DNA of 64,000 nucleotides from Candidatus Oxydemutatoraceae bacterium (GCA_965220085.1 CBDCOZ010000003.1:448001-512000), one strand, 5' to 3'. Counted from the first letter of the stretch, positions 40,066 to 50,538 are shown. A program made the numbers and translations. Notes: generated by a model not told the origin, from the letters alone.

Positions 40066-40956
40066 ATGGCGGCGACCGCGGCAACGGCAATCGGTGCGAT
40101 GAGAAGAAGCGGCGCGGGTCGGAAATTTTGCGCCGGGCTGATGACGCTAACGCTCGCCGCGCTGTCGGCGCATGCAAACGGCGGCGGTCAAATCGTACTT
40201 GCCTCAACGACCTCCTTGGACAATTCCGGGTTATACGAGTACCTGCTGCCGCACTTTGAGAAAGAAACGGGCATTGCGGTTTCTGTCATCGCCGTCGGCA
40301 CGGGGCGCGCGCTGAATATCGGGCGCATGGGCGATGCCGATGTTCTCATCGTGCACGACCGCGAGTCGGAATTGGAATTTATCCGCGCGGGATACGGCGT
40401 TGATTGCAAGACATTTATGCATAACGAATATGTCATCGTCGGCCCCAAGGACAACCCGGCCGGCATTCATCCCGAGATGACGATAAAGCAAGCGCTGAAC
40501 ATCATCAAACAAAGCGGCGTGTCTTTTATATCCCGCGGCGACGACAGCGGCACGCACAAGAAGGAATTATTCCTGTGGGACATCAGCGGCATCACGCCAT
40601 CGGCGCGCGATGTTTGGTACATCGAGAGCGGCCGGGGCATGGGCGGCGTTTTGAACATGGCAAACGAAAAGCTGGCGTACACATTGAGCGACTATTCCAC
40701 ATGGGTCAGCTTCAATAACAAGTCAAACCTGATTCTGCTTCTCAAACAAAAACCGCCGATGTACAACCCGTACAGCATCATACTGGTGAGCCCCGAGCGG
40801 TATCCCGAAGCCAACTACCGGGACGCCAAGCGGTTTTCCGATTGGCTAACCGGCGCGAGAGGTCTCGCCCTGATTGCGCGCTTCAAGGTGCGCAACACAC
40901 AACTATTCGAACCATTGCAGGGCGATGCGCAGACGCCCTGCAAGGCCGAGCGATAG
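40066..40956 (+). CDS. tupA: Tungstate ABC transporter substrate-binding protein
   Basis: Signal peptide; LASTTSLDNSGL, AVGTG.AL, SRGDDSGTH, G.GMG motifs. Confidence 0.9.
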   Translation: MAATAATAIGAMRRSGAGRKFCAGLMTLTLAALSAHANGGGQIVLASTTSLDNSGLYEYLLPHFEKETGIAVSVIAVGTGRALNIGRMGDADVLIVHDRESELEFIRAGYGVDCKTFMHNEYVIVGPKDNPAGIHPEMTIKQALNIIKQSGVSFISRGDDSGTHKKELFLWDISGITPSARDVWYIESGRGMGGVLNMANEKLAYTLSDYSTWVSFNNKSNLILLLKQKPPMYNPYSIILVSPERYPEANYRDAKRFSDWLTGARGLALIARFKVRNTQLFEPLQGDAQTPCKAER

Positions 40957-40964
40957 GCGCGCCT

Positions 40965-41212
40965 TGCACCGAGTCGCTCGCACGAACGATCGCTCCGCAA
41001 GCAAACCCGGCGATGTCGTGAAACGATGCGCTTCTGGCAACCGAGTCGCTCGCACGAACGATCGCTCCGCAAGCAAGCCCGGCGATGTCGTGAAAACGAT
41101 GCGCTCCTGGCAACCGAGTCGCTCGCACGAACGATCGCTTCGCAAGCAAACCCGGCGATGGCGTGAAAACGATGCGCTCCTGGCAACCGAGTGCTCGCAC
41201 GAACAATCGCTC
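40965..41212. repeat. Tandem repeat, ~72 bp x ~3.5
   Basis: CCGAGTCGCTCGCACGAACGATCGCT..CCCGGCGATG..GAAA(A)CGATGCGC recurs at ~40969, 41041, 41114 and 41187. Confidence 0.88.
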
Positions 41213-41456
41213 TCTCCGGCGGCAGAGTCGGCATAGTGTGACCATGCCGGAGGGGAGAAGGCAACCGCCCGTCCCATGCGGGGGAAGCGGCGCTTGCACT
41301 GGCAAGGCAAGGCAGCCGATATGTCGGCAACCCGCTCCATGCGGGGAAAGCAACACTTGCACAAGCAAGGCAAGGGCCGCAAACCATTGTTATAAGCAGT
41401 AATTTTTTATTGTTACCATTGATTTGTTTTATTGAAAACCCATACCCATTTAATAG

Positions 41457-41465
41457 TGGTATAAT
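41457..41465 (+). promoter_or_regulatory. Extended -10 promoter (TGnTATAAT), duplicate of the ftsH promoter
   Basis: TTTAATAGTGGTATAATCCGAACACTTGAATAG occurs both here and at 43504-43536. Confidence 0.65.
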
Positions 41466-41506
41466 CCGAACACTTGAATAGTCAAACTGCTATAAGGAGG
41501 AAAGAA

Positions 41507-42739
41507 ATGGACAATCCGAATCACAATATGGCAAAGCAATCCAAGAAACGATACATCGTATCATATGTGGAAGAGCAGATAAGTTCCGATGCAGCGGTCG
41601 AAGTGCTGGATATCTCAACCTCAGATTTGCAAGATGCGGTAGAGGTTTTAAGCACGGACGTGCCGGAAGATGAAGCAGATTTTCTTCATTTTGAATCGTT
41701 AGGCGCGACAGCTTTGCCGCTATCGGCAAGAGAAGTTTCCAAACTGGAAGAAGATGATCGCGTTTTACAGGTTGTTGAAGATACTGAGGTCTTTGCCCTG
41801 AATGGAGGTCAGGGGCAATCAGAGCCAGAATCGCTGTTGCCCCAGCCGGTTCCTTGGAACATTGAGTTGGTTAAGGCTAACTTGGTTTGGAATCGCGTGA
41901 CCGGTCGTGGGGTTAAGGTGGCCATTGTGGATACTGGCATTGATGATAACCACCCCGATCTCACGGTATCGGGCGGGGTCTCTTTTGTGCCAGGGGTTGG
42001 GAGTTGGGATGACGATAATGGTCACGGCACCCATGTGGCAGGTATTGTTGGGGCCCGAAATAATCCGGTGGGGGTCATTGGCGTAGCACCAGAGAGTGAC
42101 CTATATGCGGTTAAGGTTCTAGGCAGAAAGGGCACTGGTCACCATAGTCAGGTATTGGCTGGTCTATGTTGGGCAACTCAAAATGGAATGGATGTCGTGA
42201 ATCTGAGCCTGGGTCGTGACGTTAAAAAGCCAGATGAGCCCTGCACCGCTATCTATCAACGACTGGCGAGGATACTTAATAATGCGGGGTGTATCGTTGT
42301 AGCTGCGGCCGGTAACAGTGGGGAAGAAATCAATAAATGGGTCGGTCATCCGGCTCGTTGCCCTGGCTATATGGCGGTTGCGGCCATAGATAGAAATAAG
42401 AATCTGGCACCCTTCTCCTCGCGCGGGCCGGCCGATTTGTGTGACGACTGTGGGGTGGAAATCTCCGCGCCCGGAGTCAGCATTAATTCAACCTATCAGG
42501 GCGGCGGCTATCGCAAACTGTCGGGCACCAGTATGGCCTGCCCTCACGTGTCCGGAGCGGCGGCTTTGCTCAAAGAGCTCCATCCAACTTGGACGCCGGA
42601 TCGGATTCGAGAGCGTCTCAAGGCGACTGCTAGCGATTTGGGCGCACCTGGCAATGATCCCGGAACCGGTGCCGGACTCATAGATTGTCAATGCGCCGTG
42701 TTTGGCCAAAGGGCAAGTGGTGGTAAGGTTAGGAGGTGA
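41507..42739 (+). CDS. S8 subtilisin-family serine protease with propeptide, no signal peptide
   Basis: Catalytic triad motifs VAIVDTGID, HGTHVAG and GTSMACPHVSG; AAAGN oxyanion motif; AAGGAGG RBS. Confidence 0.95.
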   Translation: MDNPNHNMAKQSKKRYIVSYVEEQISSDAAVEVLDISTSDLQDAVEVLSTDVPEDEADFLHFESLGATALPLSAREVSKLEEDDRVLQVVEDTEVFALNGGQGQSEPESLLPQPVPWNIELVKANLVWNRVTGRGVKVAIVDTGIDDNHPDLTVSGGVSFVPGVGSWDDDNGHGTHVAGIVGARNNPVGVIGVAPESDLYAVKVLGRKGTGHHSQVLAGLCWATQNGMDVVNLSLGRDVKKPDEPCTAIYQRLARILNNAGCIVVAAAGNSGEEINKWVGHPARCPGYMAVAAIDRNKNLAPFSSRGPADLCDDCGVEISAPGVSINSTYQGGGYRKLSGTSMACPHVSGAAALLKELHPTWTPDRIRERLKATASDLGAPGNDPGTGAGLIDCQCAVFGQRASGGKVRR

Positions 42740-42987
42740 GTATGGTTCGTATCGACGAAAAATTTCAGAAGCAATGTCAAGACAACCTTGACCGGCTCCA
42801 TGACGTGGTCATCACCGTGTCAGAGATGCAAAACATGGAACCGTCGGAGCTTGGCCTAACCGATACCGAAGAGATTGGCGGATCAGGCATATTTAAAGGT
42901 TCCTTGACGGGCAGAAAGATTCTGGAATTAAGCCGGCAAGATAAGATTGAGGAGATTATGCCTGATATGGAGGTTACGGCCTTTTAA
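42736..42987 (+). CDS. Small protein resembling an I9-type subtilisin propeptide/inhibitor
   Basis: Overlaps the protease stop; GIFKGSLT...I.EL.....IEEI.PD.EV parallels the protease's own prodomain end (L..DDRV..V.ED.EV). Confidence 0.55.
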   Translation: MSMVRIDEKFQKQCQDNLDRLHDVVITVSEMQNMEPSELGLTDTEEIGGSGIFKGSLTGRKILELSRQDKIEEIMPDMEVTAF

Positions 42988-43511
42988 GCCGCTTTTTGTT
43001 TTACGTCGTTTGTTTTTATGATTTAAGACAAATGGCATTGTGTAAATTGTTTTCTGTGAATGCGAGAAAGTTCACAGAAAACAGCGGGGCGCGGTCAAAA
43101 TAGCGCTACTTCCTTTCCTGCCCGCGAAACTTTGTATTCCTATCGCCCGAACAGAGTGATGGCGCTCCTTGCACCGAGTTCCTTGCACGAACGATCGCTC
43201 CCCTCCGGCGGCAGAGTCGGCATAGCGTGGCCATGCCGGAGGGGCAGGCGCCCGCCCCCATGCGGGGGAAGTAGCGCTTGCACAGGCAGTGTCAAGTCGG
43301 CCGATGCCGGTAGCCTGCCCCATACGGACGGTGTGCCGGCACCGTTGCTTGGGAGAATATCACGGGAGCAGGCGACCGCTCGCCCCATGCGGGAAAGCGG
43401 CGTTTTTGCAGGCAAAGGCAGTTCAAGCACTTGTTATAAGTAGCGATTTTCACCGTTGTTGTTTTTATCGTTGCTATTGATTAATTCTATTGGGAGCCCA
43501 TCGTTTAATAG

Positions 43512-43520
43512 TGGTATAAT
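43512..43520 (+). promoter_or_regulatory. Extended -10 promoter of ftsH
   Basis: TGGTATAAT about 40 bp upstream of the AAGGAGG RBS and ATG. Confidence 0.65.
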
Positions 43521-43559
43521 CCGAACACTTGAATAGCGAAACCGCTGTAAGGAGGAAAG

Positions 43560-45494
43560 ATGATGAACAATATGACCAAAAACCTTGTTTTATGGATTGT
43601 GATAGCCGGCGTACTGATGGTCGTGTTCAATAATTTCGTGGCGGAAAAAGAACGGGCATCATTTCTTTCTTACTCTGAATTTATTTCCGATGTCAGAAAC
43701 GGCCAAGTGCGCAGCGTTGAAATAGCGGCCGATAATCGCACCATTGCCGGTCACTACATTGATGGCGGTCGTTTCACCACATTTAGTCCGGGCGACGGAG
43801 AATTAGTCAACGACCTTCTCAATCACAATGTTGAAATCGTAACCAAACCCACCGACAAGCCCTCCATACTCGTAGACATGCTCATCAGTTGGCTGCCGAT
43901 GATCATACTCATCGGCGTCTGGATTTTCTTCATGCGACAAATGCAAGGCAGCATGGGCGGGCGCGGAACGATGTCTTTCGGCAAGAGCCGGGCGCGCATG
44001 ATGGGCGACGGACAAATCAAAGTGACCTTCAAAGATGTTGCGGGCGTTGAAGAGGCCAAAGAAGAGGTCTCCGAGTTGGTCGAATTTTTGCGCAACCCGG
44101 CCAAGTTCCAGAATCTGGGCGGGCGCATTCCGAAAGGGGTTTTGATGGTCGGCCTTCCGGGCACCGGCAAGACCCTGCTCGCAAAGGCGATCGCAGGCGA
44201 AGCCAAAGTGCCCTTCTTCTCTATCTCCGGTTCCGACTTCGTTGAAATGTTCGTCGGTGTCGGCGCCTCTCGTGTTCGCGATATGTTCACGCAAGCCCGC
44301 AAGCACGCGCCGTGCATCATCTTCATAGACGAGATTGACGCAGTCGGTCGCAACCGCGGCGCCGGTCTTGGCGGCGGTCACGACGAGCGCGAACAGACGC
44401 TCAACCAATTGCTGGTTGAGATGGACGGCTTTGAAGGCCACGAAGGAATTATCGTCATCGCGGCGACCAACCGCCCCGATGTGTTGGATCCGGCTTTGTT
44501 GCGTCCCGGACGTTTCGACCGTCAGGTTCAAGTGCCGTTGCCCGATGTGCGCGGTCGCGAGCAAATTCTCAAGGTGCACATGCGCAAAGTGCCGTGTTCC
44601 GATAATGTGCGCGCCGATGTCTTGGCCCGCGCCACCCCCGGCTTTTCCGGCGCGGACTTGGCAAACTTGGTCAACGAAGGCGCTCTGTTTGCCGCGCGGG
44701 AAAACAAGAAAGCCGTTGAGATGGCGGACATGGAGCGCGCCAAAGACAAAATCATGATGGGCGCCGAGCGCAGATCCATGGTCATGAGCGAGGATGAGAA
44801 AAAGCTAACGGCTTACCACGAAGCGGGGCATGCGATTGTCGGGCGTCTGGTGCCCGAGCACGACCCGGTATATAAAGTGACGATTATTCCGCGCGGGCGC
44901 GCCTTGGGCGTGACGATGTTTCTGCCCGAAGAAGATCGCTATAGCAATACCCGCGAAAAACTTGAAAGCCAGATTTCAACCCTGTTTGGCGGCAGAGTCG
45001 CCGAGCACATCATCTTTGGCGAACGCTCGGTAACGACCGGCGCCGCTAACGATATTGAGCGCGCCACCGAGATAGCGCGGGACATGGTCACGCGTTGGGG
45101 GCTTTCCGATGAGTTGGGGCCTTTGACTTACTCCGAAGAAAAGACCCACCCGTTTTTGGGCCAGACCGCGGCGCAACAGAGCGCGACATTTTCCGATGAC
45201 ACGGCGCATAAGATAGACGAAGAGATTCGGCGAATCATACAAACAAACTACGAGCGTACCGAGCGTTTGTTGAAAGAGAACATCAACAAATTGCACGTCA
45301 TGGCGAAAGCGTTGATTAAGTATGAAACGATCGATAGCGATCAAATAGACGACATCATGTCGGGCAAAGAGCCCAGAGACCCCGACGGTTGGAATGACGG
45401 CGAGGGCGGCGGCAACGCAACCCCGGCGGCAGCGACATCGGACGATGATGATGTTGACGGAACGGTCGGCAGGCCCGCGAGCACGCCGGCATAA
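43560..45494 (+). CDS. ftsH: ATP-dependent zinc metalloprotease FtsH
   Basis: Two TMs, [19 protein letters not shown], second region of homology, HEAGH. Confidence 0.98.
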   Translation: MMNNMTKNLVLWIVIAGVLMVVFNNFVAEKERASFLSYSEFISDVRNGQVRSVEIAADNRTIAGHYIDGGRFTTFSPGDGELVNDLLNHNVEIVTKPTDKPSILVDMLISWLPMIILIGVWIFFMRQMQGSMGGRGTMSFGKSRARMMGDGQIKVTFKDVAGVEEAKEEVSELVEFLRNPAKFQNLGGRIPKGVLMVGLPGTGKTLLAKAIAGEAKVPFFSISGSDFVEMFVGVGASRVRDMFTQARKHAPCIIFIDEIDAVGRNRGAGLGGGHDEREQTLNQLLVEMDGFEGHEGIIVIAATNRPDVLDPALLRPGRFDRQVQVPLPDVRGREQILKVHMRKVPCSDNVRADVLARATPGFSGADLANLVNEGALFAARENKKAVEMADMERAKDKIMMGAERRSMVMSEDEKKLTAYHEAGHAIVGRLVPEHDPVYKVTIIPRGRALGVTMFLPEEDRYSNTREKLESQISTLFGGRVAEHIIFGERSVTTGAANDIERATEIARDMVTRWGLSDELGPLTYSEEKTHPFLGQTAAQQSATFSDDTAHKIDEEIRRIIQTNYERTERLLKENINKLHVMAKALIKYETIDSDQIDDIMSGKEPRDPDGWNDGEGGGNATPAAATSDDDDVDGTVGRPASTPA

Positions 45495-45546
45495 CCCGGG
45501 AATCGATAAGGCAACCATACCCGATAACCATATCTTTTGATATTGA

Positions 45547-46905
45547 ATGAATCTTTTCGGCACCGACGGCATACGAGGGCATGTTGGAGAGTCTCCGATG
45601 ACGCCCGATACGGTCTTGAAGATTGGCTGGGCATTCGGCAAATCTTTGGGGGACGAAGCGGCCGGCAAGCTGGTGCTGATTGGCAAGGACACCCGCGGCT
45701 CCGGCTACATCTTTGAATCCGTACTAGAAGCCGGCTTGGTTTCCGCCGGAGTGAATATCGGTTTGCTCGGCCCGTTGCCGACTCCGGCCATCGCGAATTT
45801 GGTTGACAAGCACGATGACGTAGCCGGAGGCCTGGTCATCAGCGCATCGCATAACCCGCACCACGACAACGGCATCAAGTTTTTTTCCGCCTCGGGCGAA
45901 AAAATCTCGCGCGCTCAGGAAAAAGAGATTGAAAGGCGGATTGAAGAGCCTTTGCGCATGGTCGATGCGGCCGATTGCGGCAAAGCCCGCCGGATTGACG
46001 ATGCCGCCGACCAATACATTGAGTTCTGCGTCAAATCCTTTGCCAACGCGGGCGAGCCTTTGTTGCAAGGCATGCGCTTGGTTGTCGATTGCGCAAACGG
46101 CGCCGGCTATCACGTAGCGCCGGCGATATATCGCGCGCTGGGCGCGGAAGTGGCGGAGATTGGCGTTGAGCCGAACGGCATCAATATCAATTGCGGTGTC
46201 GGCGTCATGGCGCCGCAGCAATTGCGACAACGGGTCATAGACGGAAAGTTTGATTGCGGCATCGCTCTGGACGGCGATGGCGACCGGTTGTTGATGGCGG
46301 ATTCGCGCGGGCGGCTGATGGACGGCGATGACTTGTTGTTTCTAATCGCCGACTATCGCCACCGCAACAAATCTCTGAACGGCGGCGTGGTCGGCACGCA
46401 TATGACCAATATCGGGCTGGAGAGAGCCTTTGAGTCGCGCGGCATTCCGTTTGTGCGCGCCGATGTCGGCGACTACTACGTGCTGGAGACGATCAAGAAA
46501 AAGCAATGGCAACTCGGAGGGGAGCCGTCCGGGCATCTGGTCTGTCTGGACAAATCAAACAGCTGCGATGCCATCATCAACTCTCTGGTAGCGCTGGACA
46601 TAGTCCGCAAAAGCAAAAAGACATTCGCGCAACTACTGGAGCCTGTCGTCAGGCATCATCAGGTGCTGATCAACGTACCGATCCAAAAGGGCGCCAATTC
46701 CGGCGCCCCGCTGCCGGAAAACAAGGAATTTCGCAAAGTGATATCAACGGCGCAACAAGAGCTCGGAGAAGCCGGGCGCATACTGGTCAGGCTATCGGGC
46801 ACCGAACCGCTGTTGCGGATTATGGTCGAATCCGAATCGGAAGCCACCGGCCGCGCATTGGCGAACAAGGTCGCCGACCACGCCCGCAAGCATCCCGCCG
46901 CCTAA
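45547..46905 (+). CDS. glmM: Phosphoglucosamine mutase
   Basis: FGTDGIRG, ISASHNP, DGDGDR, GGEPSGH, RLSGTEP. Confidence 0.96.
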   Translation: MNLFGTDGIRGHVGESPMTPDTVLKIGWAFGKSLGDEAAGKLVLIGKDTRGSGYIFESVLEAGLVSAGVNIGLLGPLPTPAIANLVDKHDDVAGGLVISASHNPHHDNGIKFFSASGEKISRAQEKEIERRIEEPLRMVDAADCGKARRIDDAADQYIEFCVKSFANAGEPLLQGMRLVVDCANGAGYHVAPAIYRALGAEVAEIGVEPNGININCGVGVMAPQQLRQRVIDGKFDCGIALDGDGDRLLMADSRGRLMDGDDLLFLIADYRHRNKSLNGGVVGTHMTNIGLERAFESRGIPFVRADVGDYYVLETIKKKQWQLGGEPSGHLVCLDKSNSCDAIINSLVALDIVRKSKKTFAQLLEPVVRHHQVLINVPIQKGANSGAPLPENKEFRKVISTAQQELGEAGRILVRLSGTEPLLRIMVESESEATGRALANKVADHARKHPAA

Positions 46906-46911
46906 ACGGAG

Positions 46912-47682
46912 ATGGTCGCCGCCGCAAACAAACCGCTGGTCGTCGCCAACTGGAAGATGAACGGATCAACGCGGTTTAATTCCGACTGGGTCGCGCGGTT
47001 TGTCGCGTTGCCGCGGATAGCGGATGTTGACATCGTCGTTTGCCCGCCCCACCTCTATGTGACGCAGGTGGGAACGCTGCTACAAGATACCGGCGTCGGC
47101 CTCGGCGCGCAGAACGCAAACGAGAACCCCGACGGCGCGGTGACCGGCGAAGTGTCGGCAGACATGCTGAGCGACTGCCAGTGTCGCTATGTGATCGTCG
47201 GTCACTCCGAACGGCGCAATTTCTTTCTGGAAGACGGCAAGCTGATAGGCAACAAAATGAAAAGAGCGACAGACGCCGGCATCATCCCGATACTATGTGT
47301 GGGAGAAACCCGCGCACAACGCGAAGCCGACAAAACAAAAGGCGTCATCCGGCGACAACTTGAAACCGCGCTCGGCGTGACAGGCGATAATATCGGCGAA
47401 TTTGCCGTGGCCTATGAACCGATTTGGGCGATTGGCGGCAACCGCAGCGCGACACCCGAGCAAGCCGGCGAAGTATGCGATTTTATCCGCGAGCGACTAT
47501 CTGATACGATAGGCGCGCGTGGCGCGCGGGCGCGCATACTATACGGAGGAAGCGTGAACCGCGATAATGCCCAAAAGCTGTTTGCCCGGCAAAATATAGA
47601 CGGCGGCTTAATCGGCGGCGCGTCACTCGACAGCGGAGCTTTTCATTTTATTTGCGAAGCGGCCGCTACAAGACTACAATAA
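46912..47682 (+). CDS. tpiA: Triosephosphate isomerase
   Basis: ANWKMNG, GHSERR, AYEPIWAIG, LYGGSV, LIGGASL. Confidence 0.97.
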   Translation: MVAAANKPLVVANWKMNGSTRFNSDWVARFVALPRIADVDIVVCPPHLYVTQVGTLLQDTGVGLGAQNANENPDGAVTGEVSADMLSDCQCRYVIVGHSERRNFFLEDGKLIGNKMKRATDAGIIPILCVGETRAQREADKTKGVIRRQLETALGVTGDNIGEFAVAYEPIWAIGGNRSATPEQAGEVCDFIRERLSDTIGARGARARILYGGSVNRDNAQKLFARQNIDGGLIGGASLDSGAFHFICEAAATRLQ

Positions 47683-47697
47683 CGCAAGGAACTTGAT

Positions 47698-48108
47698 ATG
47701 TATTATTCGCTTTCACTCGGGATAGAGGTTGTCTTATCAATCGTCATTATCCTTCTCATCTTGCTCTGCCGCGGCAAAGGCGCGGATGTCGGCGCGGCTT
47801 TTTCGGGCGGCGCATCCGCATCGGTGTTTGGCTCGCGAGGGTCGGTGCCGTTCACCACAAAATTAATCGGCATACTCTGTGCGCTGTTTCTTATAAACAG
47901 TTTGGTGTTGACTTATTTCGCCAACCGCAGTGTCGGCGGGAGCAGCGTGATTGACCGGGTAGAGGCGCAAAGCCCCGCCCAAGCGGTCATACCCGACGGC
48001 GCTACGGCCAAGGATATATTGGCTCCGCCGCAACAGGAATCACAGCCGGGCAGCGACATTCCCAGATTGCCGACAGAATCGGAGCCGCCCGCCGAGGAAA
48101 GCCCGTAA
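47698..48108 (+). CDS. secG: Preprotein translocase subunit SecG
   Basis: Two TMs separated by GKGADVGAAFSGGASASVFGSRG; tpiA-secG-tRNA-Leu synteny. Confidence 0.93.
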   Translation: MYYSLSLGIEVVLSIVIILLILLCRGKGADVGAAFSGGASASVFGSRGSVPFTTKLIGILCALFLINSLVLTYFANRSVGGSSVIDRVEAQSPAQAVIPDGATAKDILAPPQQESQPGSDIPRLPTESEPPAEESP

Positions 48109-48183
48109 CGGATACGCCGCCAAGCGCCTCCGTTGCGGCGCTTGGCAACGGTAAGCGAATACCCGCATAATGATCGTGTTATT

Positions 48184-48268
48184 GCCGATGTGGTGGAACT
48201 GGTAGACACGCTGTCTTGAGGGGGCAGTGGCGTAAGCCGTGCCGGTTCGAGTCCGGCCATCGGCACCA
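48184..48268 (+). tRNA. tRNA-Leu (GAG)
   Basis: GCCGATG/CATCGGC acceptor stem, D-loop GGTAGAC, anticodon loop TTGAGGG, long variable arm, GTTCGAGT, 3' CCA. Confidence 0.96.
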
Positions 48269-48278
48269 TCTTCAACAG

Positions 48279-48484
48279 TAATACTCCCCCTTGCGGGAGA
48301 GTCCCGGGCACACATAGTTATATTTGTATGACTATTTATAAATACTCCCCTTGCGGGAGAGTCTCGGGCACACATAGTTATATTTGTATGACTATTTATA
48401 AATACTCCCCCTTGCGGGAGAGTCTCGGGCACACATAGTTATATTTATAGAACTATTTATAAATACTCCCCTTGCGGGAGAGTC
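48279..48484. repeat. Tandem repeat, 60-61 bp x ~3.4, directly after tRNA-Leu
   Basis: AATACTCCCC(C)TTGCGGGAGAGTC(T/C)CGGGCACACATAGTTATATTT.TA..ACTATTTATA repeated with near-identical units. Confidence 0.9.
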
Positions 48485-48565
48485 GGCGGAGTTACGCTAC
48501 GCCGGAGGGGAGCGCTGTCTGTGAAGCGCCCCTCTCTGCCGGCGCGAACAAGATACGGCACAGTC

Positions 48566-49447
48566 CTAAGCAAAGAGTTGAATCAATATGGCTGTCGCTG
48601 TAACAATCACAGCCGCTAACGCAAGTGCGGTTGCTACAAACCACTTTATCGTGTCTGCGTGCTGTTTGGCTACTACCGCTTCCAACTCAGATTTCAGCTG
48701 ATCCAAGTCTTTTTTGGTCGCCATATTGTCCAATGCTTTTTTCATTTCTGACTTGAACTCGGTCAATTCTTTTTGCAACCGATTTATGTCTTTTTGCAAC
48801 TGCGCTATGTCTTTTTGGGTTTCTGACTTGAACTTGGCTAAGTCTTCTTTTATTGCCAATTCAAACTGGGTTAACTTTTCTCTCAACCGAGCCAATTCTT
48901 TTTCCAACCGATCTATGTTTTCTTTGGTTTCCGATTTGAACTCGCCTAACTCTTTCTTCGTCGCCAGATTGGTCAATTCTTTTCTCAACCGAGCCAATTC
49001 TTTTTCCAACCGATTTATATTTTCTTTGATCGCTACCTCAAACTTGGCCAACTCTTCTTTCGTCGCCAGATTGTCTAACGCTTCTCTCAACTTGGTCAGC
49101 TCTTCTTTCATGACCGATTCAAGATTGGCCAACTCTTCTTTCGTCGCTAACCCGGCCAGCGCTTCTTTCATAGCCGACTCAAACTTGTCTAACTCTTCTT
49201 TCCACTGAGCCCTGTTTTCTTTGAGCGCTAACTCAAACTTGTCAAATTCTTTTTGAGTCACTGCTTCAAACTTGGCAAACTCTTCTCTGGTTAGCAGAGT
49301 GCGCAGATGTCTGCGCACCAGCACAAGTTGCTCGTTGGCAATCGCGTCTGCTTTCTGTTTGTCAAAGCCTGCGTCGGTCAAGTTATCGACGGGGTCATAA
49401 GCAACCCCCGCCGTATCTTCTACTTTTAAGTTTTTAGGTTTTTTCAT
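48566..49447 (-). CDS. DUF1640/CCDC90-like coiled-coil protein with C-terminal TM, copy 1
   Basis: Head L.DAGFDKQKADAI, LATKEEL-type repeats, ADTIKWFVATALALAAV TM; GGAGG RBS. Confidence 0.8.
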   Translation of the reverse strand: MKKPKNLKVEDTAGVAYDPVDNLTDAGFDKQKADAIANEQLVLVRRHLRTLLTREEFAKFEAVTQKEFDKFELALKENRAQWKEELDKFESAMKEALAGLATKEELANLESVMKEELTKLREALDNLATKEELAKFEVAIKENINRLEKELARLRKELTNLATKKELGEFKSETKENIDRLEKELARLREKLTQFELAIKEDLAKFKSETQKDIAQLQKDINRLQKELTEFKSEMKKALDNMATKKDLDQLKSELEAVVAKQHADTIKWFVATALALAAVIVTATAILIQLFA

Positions 49448-49644
49448 AACTATCCTCCATATTGGATAATAACACTAACTCAAAGACTATAGTCAACAGC
49501 CTTGTGCCCGATAGTAGCGTTACTTGCGGAGCGTCGTCATGGCGCTCCCCCGGCGGGAGAGTCGGCGGAGTTACGCTACGCCGGAGGGGAGCGCTGTCTG
49601 TGAAGCGCCCCTCTCTGCCGGCGCGAACAAGATACGGCACAGTC

Positions 49645-50538
49645 CTAAGCAAAGAGTTGAATCAATATGGCTGTCGCTGTAACAATCACAGCCGCTAACG
49701 CAAGTGCGGTTGCTACAAACCACTTTATCGTGTCTGCGTGCTGTTTGGCTACTATTGCTTTGAACTTGGCTTCCAACTCAGATTTCAGCTGATCCAAGTC
49801 TTTTTTGGTCGCCATATTGTCCAATGCTTTTTTCATTTCTGACTTGAACTCGGTCAATTCTTTTTGCAACCGATTTATGTCTTTTTGCAACTGCGCTATG
49901 TCTTTTTGGGTTTCTGACTTGAACTTGGCTAAGTCTTCTTTTATTGCCAATTCAAACTGGGTTAACTTTTCTCTCAACCGAGCCAATTCTTTTTCCAACC
50001 GATCTATGTTTTCTTTGGTTTCCGATTTGAACTCGCCTAACTCTTTCTTCGTCGCCAGATTGGTCAATTCTTTTCTCAACCGAGCCAATTCTTTTTCCAA
50101 CCGATTTATGTTTTCTTTGATCGCTACCTCAAACTTGGCCAACTCTTCTTTCGTCGCCAGATTGTCTAACGCTTCTCTCAACTTGGTCAGCTCTTCTTTC
50201 ATGACCGATTCAAGATTGGCCAACTCTTCTTTCGTCGCTAACCCGGCCAGCGCTTCTTTCATAGCCGACTCAAACTTGTCTAACTCTTCTTTCCACTGAG
50301 TCCTGTTTTCTTTGAGCGCTAACTCAAACTTGTCAAATTCTTTTTGAGTCACTGCTTCAAACTTGGCAAACTCTTCTCTGGTTAGCAGAGTGCGCAGATG
50401 TCTGCGCACCAGCGCAAGTTGCTCGTTGGCAATCGCGTCTGCTTTCTGTTTGTCAAAGCCTGCGTCGGTCAAGTTATCGACGGGGTCATAAGCAACCCCC
50501 GCCGTATCTTCTACTTTTAAGTCTTTAGTTTTTTTCAT
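49645..50538 (-). CDS. DUF1640/CCDC90-like coiled-coil protein with C-terminal TM, copy 2
   Basis: Near-identical tandem duplicate (unit ~48476-49500 vs ~49555-50600), with a 4-aa insertion near the C-terminus. Confidence 0.8.
   Translation of the reverse strand: MKKTKDLKVEDTAGVAYDPVDNLTDAGFDKQKADAIANEQLALVRRHLRTLLTREEFAKFEAVTQKEFDKFELALKENRTQWKEELDKFESAMKEALAGLATKEELANLESVMKEELTKLREALDNLATKEELAKFEVAIKENINRLEKELARLRKELTNLATKKELGEFKSETKENIDRLEKELARLREKLTQFELAIKEDLAKFKSETQKDIAQLQKDINRLQKELTEFKSEMKKALDNMATKKDLDQLKSELEAKFKAIVAKQHADTIKWFVATALALAAVIVTATAILIQLFA

Noticed and set aside
40965-41212. CRISPR array or coding ORFs in the 72-bp repeats
   Set aside because: The whole unit repeats with no unique spacers; ORFs in several frames are repeat translations.
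48279-48484. CRISPR array after tRNA-Leu (palindromic repeat plus ~35-bp gap)
   Set aside because: The apparent spacers are near-identical to each other, so this is a tandem repeat.
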